Source of the DNA: Candidatus Pampinifervens sinense
GTDB taxonomy: Bacteria > Aquificota > Aquificia > Aquificales > Aquificaceae
Direction of reading: 5' to 3'
Length of the DNA: 64,000 nt
NCBI GenBank assembly: GCA_037927135.1
Contig: JAXSPP010000004.1
Span: 1-64,000 of the forward strand
Shown: piece by piece, positions 7,720-15,784 of the stretch
Position numbering within the stretch: the stretch's first letter is position 1
Layout: every line of letters starts with the position of its first letter
Notes under the pieces: model-generated
Databases searched by the model: none
What the model saw: only the letters and a program-made list of their open reading frames with translations
What the model was told of the DNA's origin: nothing
Program-made: the position numbers and the translations under genes

Positions 7720-9622
7720 AGCTCCCTTCTCCTTTTTTAATATATACACGGACCTCACAACCTTTATCTAAATTCTCATACTCTATCTTTCCTCCCATCT
7801 CCTCCACAAATCTCTTTGCAATAGATAAACCTAAACCAAAACCATCTTCCTTTGATGTATAAAAGGGGGAAAAGACCTCTTCAGAGGGTATTCCCGGACC
7901 CTCATCCCTTACCTTCCACACGAAGAAAGAATCCACCTCTTCTATGTTTATACAAACCCTACCCTGCATAGGTGAGGCATCTATGGCGTTGTCTATGATG
8001 TTTATAAGTATCTGTTCAAGCTTCCAAGGATAGGTAAAAATTCTCTTGTTATTCACGCTTGCACTCAGCTCTATGACCACACCTTTTTTCCTAGCCTTAA
8101 AGCTGATTATATCCAAAAGATCCTTGGTGAAGTTAAAGGGATCTATCTCTTCTGGTGAACCATCACAATTTTTAGCTATATATAACAACCTTTTTACAGT
8201 ATTTTTTACCCTTTCAACGTTCTTTAATACCACATCTGCCATATCTTTAATCTCCTTTTCATTAACAGTATTCCTTATGTATTCCGTATACCCCATAATG
8301 GAGGCCAATGGATTGTTCAGTTGATGTGCCAAAGAACAAGCTATTTCACCTACAACAGCCAGCCTTGAATATCTATTTATAAGGAACTCAAGGTTCTTCT
8401 TGTCTGTAATATCCTTTATATGAAAAAGGGTATAGCTTTTCTCTTCCATATCAATGGGTATGGATATTATAGAAGCATACCTGCTTTTACCTTTTATCTC
8501 TAAAAGACTTTCTGGGATAAAGGTGAAAGATCCGAGTGTTAGCTGTGGGCTTACTTCCTTTATACTCAAGCCCACAATGTCTTCAAACCTTATACCAAAC
8601 ATATCTAAAAACTTACTATTTACCATCTCTATGATACCCTTCTCATTCTCTACCAAAAGCAGGGCATCTCCGAGGTTGTTAAAAAGGTTCATATAAACCC
8701 TCTTTTCCTTTTCAAGGCTTTCAAGCAAATTTTGAAAGGCCTTTGCCAATATATAAACCTCACCATAGCCCCTTACTTCAATATTTTTCTTCTCAGCCCA
8801 ATTAATAACAGATAGCTTTAGATCTTCAAGGGGTTTAAATATCCTCCTTACTGTGAAAAAGCCAATTAGAAAAAGCCCTCCACATAAAATCAAGCTTAAA
8901 GAAAGGGACAGTTTTAAAAAGTCATAAGCATTTTTATAAACTTGATCTTCAGCTTCACTAATTTCAACACTCATACCTGTTCCTTTAACATCCGCTCTTA
9001 TGCTAAGCAATTTTCCACCAGTCTCTTGGTTCATAACTAGAAAAGGAAAGCCTTTAGAGTCTAAAAGGCTTATGTTAGCATTTTGAATTCCATAGGCACT
9101 TACATACTTCTTAAGGATATCCTTTAGATTTAAAGAACAGACTATAAAGCCTAAAGGTACGTTATCGCTCATATCAAAGACCTTTAAGTTAAGATAGCTT
9201 TCTCCCTCCGCATTCAAATGGACGCCAAGAACTTCATCCTCCCAGTTTAACCTGTCTATGCTTTTAGGAATGCTATTTACATTGGGAAGCCTTGCTTCCT
9301 GAAAGATGATCTCCCCCTTTGTATTGTAATAAGCACAGGCCACTATATGTTCTGTATCCCCTGTTATCCTCCATAATATCTCTCTTAAATCAATACCAAG
9401 GCTTCTATACCTTGCCACAAGGGACCTTATCCTTGATTGTGTTAGGCTAATCTCCTCATTTAGTCTATCGGAAAGAATCTTTAAGATAATAGTTTTATCC
9501 CTTTCCCAAGATGTCTTCAGTTGGCTTTTTAGCAATTGAAAATAGGCAAAAACAAAGAGAAACTGGGCAAATACAAGGAGAAATATAACCATTATTATAC
9601 TTTTCTTTATACTACGCCTCAT
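7700..9622 (-). CDS. Sensor histidine kinase (two TM segments, periplasmic sensor, PAS-like domain, HisKA, HATPase)
   Basis: H-box LAHQLNNPL, N-box QILINIIDNAIDA, DEGPGI, FSPFYTSK and GFGLGL motifs. Confidence 0.92.
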   Translation of the reverse strand: MRRSIKKSIIMVIFLLVFAQFLFVFAYFQLLKSQLKTSWERDKTIILKILSDRLNEEISLTQSRIRSLVARYRSLGIDLREILWRITGDTEHIVACAYYNTKGEIIFQEARLPNVNSIPKSIDRLNWEDEVLGVHLNAEGESYLNLKVFDMSDNVPLGFIVCSLNLKDILKKYVSAYGIQNANISLLDSKGFPFLVMNQETGGKLLSIRADVKGTGMSVEISEAEDQVYKNAYDFLKLSLSLSLILCGGLFLIGFFTVRRIFKPLEDLKLSVINWAEKKNIEVRGYGEVYILAKAFQNLLESLEKEKRVYMNLFNNLGDALLLVENEKGIIEMVNSKFLDMFGIRFEDIVGLSIKEVSPQLTLGSFTFIPESLLEIKGKSRYASIISIPIDMEEKSYTLFHIKDITDKKNLEFLINRYSRLAVVGEIACSLAHQLNNPLASIMGYTEYIRNTVNEKEIKDMADVVLKNVERVKNTVKRLLYIAKNCDGSPEEIDPFNFTKDLLDIISFKARKKGVVIELSASVNNKRIFTYPWKLEQILINIIDNAIDASPMQGRVCINIEEVDSFFVWKVRDEGPGIPSEEVFSPFYTSKEDGFGLGLSIAKRFVEEMGGKIEYENLDKGCEVRVYIKKGEGSYENTDS

Positions 9623-10581
9623 CTTACCACTTGATCTACAAGGGCTAGCTTATTTTTGTCCAATGCGTATCCAAGCTCCCTTAGAGCGCTTTCGTTAACA
9701 AAGAGTTTAATCCTACTAACCTTCTCAAAGGGTATATTCTCAACCTTCTCACCTTTTATTATCCTGTAAGCAATGTAAGAAGCCTGGTAGCCCTGATCGT
9801 AATTGGAGCTACCATAGGCTATGGTGCAACCTTTGTTAGCATGTTCAGGAGCTAGACAGAGTACGGGCACTTGATAGAAGCGGGCATAATGCAGTATATA
9901 ACTTGTAAGGAAGTTTTCGGTATAGAAGCATGGAGTCATTATGATGGCTCCAAAACCATCTTCTTTCATGTGGCTTATCACATACTCAAGGTCTTTCACG
10001 TCATTGACCGCCACAGGTACAACCTTCAAACCATACTTTTCCCCTGCCCTTATGGTCAATCTTGTGGCAAGCTTTGAAGCTTCAAAACGAGGTGTACAAA
10101 AAACAATAGCCTTCTTTATGTCTGGGAAGAACCTTTTGAACAGCTCTATGCGCTTCTCCATTAGCTCGGTATTGAGGTTATCAATACCCGTTATGCCTCT
10201 TATTGGCCTGTTCTTTTCGTCTATGAAACCCCAAGTTTTTATAGCTGTCCCGCCCATTATAACTATAGGAACCTTCCAATCCTCCTTGACTTTTTTAAGA
10301 TAGTAGGCTTCTAAGCTACCGCCAGCCAGTATCAAATGGAACTTATCTTCATCCTCTGCCATCTTTATAGCCTTTTCTTCAACGCCTTTAAGACTATTTT
10401 CACCGTTATAGACCAAGAATTTCACCTCCTTTATCCCTAAGCTTTTAAGACCATCTTTAAAGCCTTCTAACTTTGCCAACCTTCCCTCTCCAGATATAAG
10501 CACTCCTATAACCAGTTTTCCATCCCTTCCTCCGCATGATACAAGAAGAAGCAGTGCTAAGAAAGCTAGCAAAGGCCTCAT
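9619..10581 (-). CDS. Lipoprotein, ABC-type substrate-binding protein family (no transporter genes adjacent)
   Basis: Lipobox LLVSC; ITGI, YG..YDQGYQA..IAYRIIKGEKVENIP and LFVN...A..LG pattern typical of the ABC_sub_bind family; ATGA overlap with the kinase. Confidence 0.8.
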   Translation of the reverse strand: MRPLLAFLALLLLVSCGGRDGKLVIGVLISGEGRLAKLEGFKDGLKSLGIKEVKFLVYNGENSLKGVEEKAIKMAEDEDKFHLILAGGSLEAYYLKKVKEDWKVPIVIMGGTAIKTWGFIDEKNRPIRGITGIDNLNTELMEKRIELFKRFFPDIKKAIVFCTPRFEASKLATRLTIRAGEKYGLKVVPVAVNDVKDLEYVISHMKEDGFGAIIMTPCFYTENFLTSYILHYARFYQVPVLCLAPEHANKGCTIAYGSSNYDQGYQASYIAYRIIKGEKVENIPFEKVSRIKLFVNESALRELGYALDKNKLALVDQVVR

Positions 10582-10627
10582 GGTTAATAATATATGACCC
10601 TTATTAACTTGGGTTATTATAGTTCTT

Positions 10628-11209
10628 ATGGATAACTTGCTCTTAGTAGTCTTTGCCTACCTCTACGGTTCTGTGCTCTTTGGCGAGCATATTGCCAGGT
10701 ATAAGGGTGTGGACATAAGGTCTGTGGGAAGTGGAAATGTGGGTGCTACCAATGTGGGAAGGGCCCTTGGCAAAAAGTATGCCCTTTTGGTATTCCTTTT
10801 GGACCTCTCAAAAGGCCTTATCCCTATGCTTTTGGCAAGGCTATACTATGGTCTTGATAGCTGGACTGCCTTCTCTGTAGGCCTTGCAAGCCTCTTGGGG
10901 CATATGTATCCTATCTTTCATGGTTTTAAAGGTGGCAAGGGTGTGGCCACAGGCTTTGGCGTTCTCCTTGGCATATCTCCCTTAGTAGCCATCCTTTCCA
11001 TAGCCCTCTGGGGCCTTGTATTCAAATGGAAGGGTATAGTTTCCATAGCTTCCTTGAGTGCTTCCGCCTTTGCCATAGTGCTTTTATTGCTTTCCTATCC
11101 CTTCAAAATCTTCCTTATGGCCCTTATTATGTTCCTTCTTATCCTTTACAGACACAAAGAAAACATCTATAGGCTTATGGAGGGCAAAGAGTACAAGTTT
11201 AAAACATGA
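10628..11209 (+). CDS. plsY: Glycerol-3-phosphate acyltransferase
   Basis: DIRSVGSGNVGATN, LDLSKG, GHMYP, FKGGKGVAT and RHKENI motifs. Confidence 0.96.
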   Translation: MDNLLLVVFAYLYGSVLFGEHIARYKGVDIRSVGSGNVGATNVGRALGKKYALLVFLLDLSKGLIPMLLARLYYGLDSWTAFSVGLASLLGHMYPIFHGFKGGKGVATGFGVLLGISPLVAILSIALWGLVFKWKGIVSIASLSASAFAIVLLLLSYPFKIFLMALIMFLLILYRHKENIYRLMEGKEYKFKT

Positions 11210-12624
11210 TATATGTGCTTCTTTTTAACCTTTTTCTGCTGACCTTTAGAATCCTTTATGTGCTTTTTTATCCCCTTGACCTAACGCCAGAGGAGGCCCA
11301 ATACTGGGACTGGTCAAGAAGGCTGGACCTTAGCTACTATTCCAAGCCACCTATGGTGGCTTACTTGAACTTTTTTACAAGACAACTCCTTGGAGTCTCC
11401 GAGCTTGCGGTAAGGATCACACCCATTTTGCTTTCCTTTCTTCTCTCCATCCTAACATACCTTTTTGTAAAAAAAATCTTTGACAAGAGAACGGCACTTA
11501 TCGCCTCCACCCTTCCCCAGCTTACCATAGGCTTTGCCATAAACTCCCTTCTTATGACAACGGACGCACCCTTTGTTTTCTTCTGGTCCCTCTCTGTTAT
11601 GGTTCTATTCTTTGCCTTTGAAAAAAACTCCCTTTCCCTTTGGCTTTTGGTAGGCCTTTTGGCAGGCCTTGCCTTTTTAAGCAAATATCCAGCGGTGTTC
11701 TTACTTCTTTGCGCCCTGTTGTATGGCCTTATATACAAAAGGGATGTGCTTAAAAGTCCAAAGCCTTATGTTAGCCTAATACCTGCCATACTTTTGAGCC
11801 TTCCTGTCCTATACTGGAATTACAAACATAACTTTGTATCCTTCAAACATGTCTCCACCCTTGCCAGCAAGTCAGCAAGCCTTTTAAACATAGACAGTTT
11901 TCTTGAGTTTCTTGGCGGGCAAGCCCTTCTTCTCTCTCTTATCCCTTTCCTTTTACTTCCTTACCTTTGGCTAAAGGGGCTAAAGGATTCTAAAAGGGCC
12001 TTTTTTGTTTCCTTTTCCTTACCCATTTTCCTATTTTTTATGGTCCTTTCTATTTTTAAAAAGGTGGAGGCCAACTGGCCAGGCTTTGGCTACTTTGGAG
12101 CCTTTATACTTGTCAGCCTCTTTCTTTCAAGAAGTTTTTTACTTATTCCTACCTACCTTTTTAGCCTACTTCTTTTTATCCTTTTACACTTTACTCCACT
12201 TCTTGACCATATGGGCCTTGGAAGGCTTTTGCCACCGCAGAGGGACCCCACAAAGATAGGTATTGGGTGGTCGGAGCTTGGCAAGGTAGTAAGCCAGATA
12301 AGAAAAGGAGAGGAAAAGGTCATAAGCCCCCATTATCAGATAAGTGCAGAACTTGCCTTTTATGTGAAAGGAAATCCAAAAACGTATTGTATAAACCTTG
12401 GAAGGAGGATGAACCAATATGACCTGTGGGAGAAGGATTACCAAGGCGATGCCATCTTTGTAGACTATGAGCCCATAAACCCAAAGGTGCTGTCCGCCAG
12501 TGATGGTATAATGGAAAAGGTAGAACTTCCTATATATTGGAGAGGAGAGGAAGTAAGAAGGTTTTACATATATAGATTGAAAAATTTGAAGAAAGTGGAG
12601 GAAGAAATGCCTGGGAGTTATTAG
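11206..12624 (+). CDS. GT39/ArnT-like membrane glycosyltransferase
   Basis: EEAQYWDWSR, YYSKPPM, TTDAP and LSKY motifs; polytopic membrane protein. Confidence 0.85.
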   Translation: MIYVLLFNLFLLTFRILYVLFYPLDLTPEEAQYWDWSRRLDLSYYSKPPMVAYLNFFTRQLLGVSELAVRITPILLSFLLSILTYLFVKKIFDKRTALIASTLPQLTIGFAINSLLMTTDAPFVFFWSLSVMVLFFAFEKNSLSLWLLVGLLAGLAFLSKYPAVFLLLCALLYGLIYKRDVLKSPKPYVSLIPAILLSLPVLYWNYKHNFVSFKHVSTLASKSASLLNIDSFLEFLGGQALLLSLIPFLLLPYLWLKGLKDSKRAFFVSFSLPIFLFFMVLSIFKKVEANWPGFGYFGAFILVSLFLSRSFLLIPTYLFSLLLFILLHFTPLLDHMGLGRLLPPQRDPTKIGIGWSELGKVVSQIRKGEEKVISPHYQISAELAFYVKGNPKTYCINLGRRMNQYDLWEKDYQGDAIFVDYEPINPKVLSASDGIMEKVELPIYWRGEEVRRFYIYRLKNLKKVEEEMPGSY

Positions 12625-12646
12625 GTTTTTTGTAAGCCTTTATCTT

Positions 12647-13420
12647 GTGGGTTTTTTACTCTATTACTCTCTGCCTTTTACCTTTGTAAGATACATAAAC
12701 TACTCCATACCAAACCCTGCACCCACGCCTACCCAAAAGGAGTGTGCCTATGTGATAAACCCAAAAACTGTTTATAACAGCCCTTTGGGCAACCCCAGAA
12801 AACTTGAGAAAATACTAAAGGATAAGAGCCTTTATGTTTATGAAAGCAAGGAATATGTAAAAGGATATAAGGACCTTGGGCCTCTAAAGTGGCTTGCCTA
12901 TATGTCCTTTGAATACATACCAAAGACTTTGGTCTTTGAAAAGCCAAAAGACCCGTACACGCTCATGGACCAAAGGGCTTGCACACCCATTGCCTCCGAC
13001 ATGCCCATTGTCCTTTCCCTTTGGAACATAGACTTTCCAAGCTACTCCTTTATACTGGGAGATAGGAAAAACCTTTTGTATGAAGACTCTTGTCAAGAGC
13101 CAAAAGGGTCCGCCTTTGTGCCTTATGTGGGCAACGGTAAGGTGAGGGCTTATGTCTATTCCAATAGAGGCTTTGCTTTTCCTGGTGAGAGCTTTAAAAC
13201 TCCCGCCGTGCTTTCGGTGGATTTCTTTGAGAAAAGGGCCTTAGTCTTTTTACTAAAGGATGGGAAGGTCTATAAGGTTTACAACCAGAGGTCCATAAGG
13301 GAAAGTTTAACAGAAAAGGGCCTTTATCAAGTTTACGCCTACACTTATCATTACAACCTCTGGAGCTTTTACTTTGGTTTGAGGTTTCTCTTCTGCACTC
13401 CCGCCTTTCAGGCTATGTAA
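12647..13420 (+). CDS. Hypothetical protein (start uncertain)
   Basis: 257-aa ORF filling the gap between the glycosyltransferase and recG; the frame is open from 12590 with a hydrophobic N-terminus. Confidence 0.65.
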   Translation: MGFLLYYSLPFTFVRYINYSIPNPAPTPTQKECAYVINPKTVYNSPLGNPRKLEKILKDKSLYVYESKEYVKGYKDLGPLKWLAYMSFEYIPKTLVFEKPKDPYTLMDQRACTPIASDMPIVLSLWNIDFPSYSFILGDRKNLLYEDSCQEPKGSAFVPYVGNGKVRAYVYSNRGFAFPGESFKTPAVLSVDFFEKRALVFLLKDGKVYKVYNQRSIRESLTEKGLYQVYAYTYHYNLWSFYFGLRFLFCTPAFQAM

Positions 13421-15771
13421 GAAAGGTCCATTTTGTCTCCATACCTGTATAACAATAGTTTCTTTAAATCTTTGTAGTTTTCAAGGCTTGGGTCCTCTTT
13501 TATTATCTCTGTAGCATCCTCCTTTGCCTGCTCAAGGATAATTCTATCCTGGGCCCTTGCCAAGTTGGCCACCCAAAAGCCAAAATAGCCCGATTGAGAA
13601 ACACCCAAAAGCTCGCCGGGCCCCCTTATCCTTAGGTCCTCCTCAGCTATCTCAAAGCCATCGTTGGACCTTACCAGAACTCTTAGCCTCTTTATTGCTT
13701 CCGAGTCTGCCTTAATCTCCTCTGGCACCACAAGATAGCAATAGCTTTGCAGGTTTGACCTTCCTACCCTTCCTCTAAGCTGGTGGAGCTGTGATAGGCC
13801 AAAGCGGTGGGCAGATTCTATTACCATTAGCGTGGCATCTGGCACATCCACACCCACCTCCACCACGGTGGTAGATACCAAAAGGTGGCCCTCCTTTTTG
13901 AACTTCTCCATAACCTCCCTCTTTTCTTCCTCCTTTAGCCTTCCGTGCAGAAGAAGCACCTGCTTTCCTGGCAATAGCTCCTTCCACTTGTTATACTCTT
14001 GCATGGCGGACTTTAGCTGTAGCTTTTCCGACTCCTCTATAAGAGGGTATATGACATAAACCTTATGACCTTTTGAAATTTCGGACCTGACAGCCTCTAA
14101 TACCTTTTCAAACTCCGATTCAAAGACAAGCATGGTTTTAACTGGCTTTCTTCCTTGTGGCATCTGGTCCAGTATGGACAGGTCAAGGTCCCCGTAGAGG
14201 GAGAGGGCAAGGGTCCTTGGTATGGGCGTGGCGCTCATCACAAGGCAGTGAGGATAAAGGCCACCACCCTTCTCTAAGAGCAACTTCCTTTGCATCACAC
14301 CAAACCGGTGCTGTTCATCTATTACCACAAAGGCAAGCCTTTTGAACTCTACACCTTCTTGCAGAAGGGCGTGGGTGCCAACAAGCACATGAATATTTCC
14401 ATGCTTTGTATGGTATAGCACACTTTTCCTTAGACTTCCCTTTACAGAGCTGGTAAGAAGGCCGACCTTAATACCCAGAGGCTCAAGGAATTTTTTGAAG
14501 TTCTCATAGTGCTGTTGGGCCAAGATCTCTGTTGGCACCATGATGGCGCTTTGACATCCTTCTTTGGCAAAAGCGTAGGCTATGGCCATAGCGACCACCG
14601 TTTTACCACTTCCTACATCACCCTGCAGAAGCCTGTTCATAGGCCTTTGACTTTTAATGTCTTCCACTATTTCCTTTATCACCCTCCTTTGGGCCTGTGT
14701 TAGACTAAAGGGTAAGATCTTTACAAACTCTTCTATGCTTTCTTCCGGATTTTGTAAGGCTTGGGCTGGCATACCCTTTATTTGATGTCTCATGACTTGA
14801 AGAGCAAGCTGGAAGAGAAAGAGGTCTTCATAAACAAGCCTCCTTTGAAAGGGTGTAGAAAAGTTGTTTAACTCTTCTTCTGAGAAGCTTGTGGGCCTGT
14901 GCACAAAGTAAAGGCTTTCCGCAATTCCTGGCAACTTTCTTTTTTCAAGAATTCTTGATGGCAAATACTCTGGCATAAACTTGGCGTATTCGGAGAGCTT
15001 TGTAAGGGTTTTCCTTAAGATCTCATGCCTCCTTTTGGCCGATATGCTCTTTAGCTCCCCATCGGTCCTAATGTAATAAAAGGGCACTATCTTGCCAGCC
15101 TCTGTATCTTTTAAGAGTTCTGGATGGACCATATACTTCTCTCCCTTATACTCCTTGAGCTTTCCATAGACTATTATCTCTTGACCTTTCCTAAAGCCAT
15201 AGAGGGCCCTTTTATCCTTGTAGTTGAACCTCAAAAAGAGCTTTCCTGTACCGTCTTCACACTCCACCCATGCGGGGTACTTTTCCTGAGGGTCAAAGCC
15301 CGTATTGATTACCCTCACCTTCAGAGCCACCTTTTGTTCAGGCCTTGTGGTCTTTATAGAGTTTATCAGCCTTCTGTCTTCGTACCTCAAAGGCACAAAG
15401 TATAGGGCGGAGTAAAGGTCCTTTATGCCAAAGGCTTTCAGTATCCTCTTTTCCTTTTCTTCCAACACCCTTAGCTCTTCCACAGGCTTAAAGAAGGCCG
15501 TTATGGGCTTTTTTTCAACCTTGGAAAAGTCTATTTCAAAGGATGGCAATGGTGCCTTTAGCCTTTCCTCAAGGATCTTTAATATGCCTATGCGTTTCTC
15601 AAGAGGAAGGCGGTCAAATTCTTTCAATAGCTCAAGATAGGTATTCTCTATCCTATCCTTAAGAAGGTTGAAAAGGTATATACCTACACCCAAGCTCCTC
15701 TTTAACTTGACATAATCCTTTTCCAGAAGTTCCCTTATGACCTCCTTTGCCTTGCCGAGCCTTTCATCCAT
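13408..15771 (-). CDS. recG: ATP-dependent DNA helicase RecG
   Basis: PLRYEDR, RLLQGDVGSGKT, DEQHRFG, SATPIPRTL, QLHQLRGRVGR and DGFEIAEEDLRIRGPGE motifs. Confidence 0.97.
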   Translation of the reverse strand: MDERLGKAKEVIRELLEKDYVKLKRSLGVGIYLFNLLKDRIENTYLELLKEFDRLPLEKRIGILKILEERLKAPLPSFEIDFSKVEKKPITAFFKPVEELRVLEEKEKRILKAFGIKDLYSALYFVPLRYEDRRLINSIKTTRPEQKVALKVRVINTGFDPQEKYPAWVECEDGTGKLFLRFNYKDKRALYGFRKGQEIIVYGKLKEYKGEKYMVHPELLKDTEAGKIVPFYYIRTDGELKSISAKRRHEILRKTLTKLSEYAKFMPEYLPSRILEKRKLPGIAESLYFVHRPTSFSEEELNNFSTPFQRRLVYEDLFLFQLALQVMRHQIKGMPAQALQNPEESIEEFVKILPFSLTQAQRRVIKEIVEDIKSQRPMNRLLQGDVGSGKTVVAMAIAYAFAKEGCQSAIMVPTEILAQQHYENFKKFLEPLGIKVGLLTSSVKGSLRKSVLYHTKHGNIHVLVGTHALLQEGVEFKRLAFVVIDEQHRFGVMQRKLLLEKGGGLYPHCLVMSATPIPRTLALSLYGDLDLSILDQMPQGRKPVKTMLVFESEFEKVLEAVRSEISKGHKVYVIYPLIEESEKLQLKSAMQEYNKWKELLPGKQVLLLHGRLKEEEKREVMEKFKKEGHLLVSTTVVEVGVDVPDATLMVIESAHRFGLSQLHQLRGRVGRSNLQSYCYLVVPEEIKADSEAIKRLRVLVRSNDGFEIAEEDLRIRGPGELLGVSQSGYFGFWVANLARAQDRIILEQAKEDATEIIKEDPSLENYKDLKKLLLYRYGDKMDLSYIA

Positions 15772-15784
15772 AAGATAGTTAATT

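Noticed and set aside
7700-9622. Apparently lower GC in the kinase gene as evidence of horizontal transfer
   Set aside because: A visual impression only; no mobility genes or flanking repeats; a computed GC or codon profile is needed
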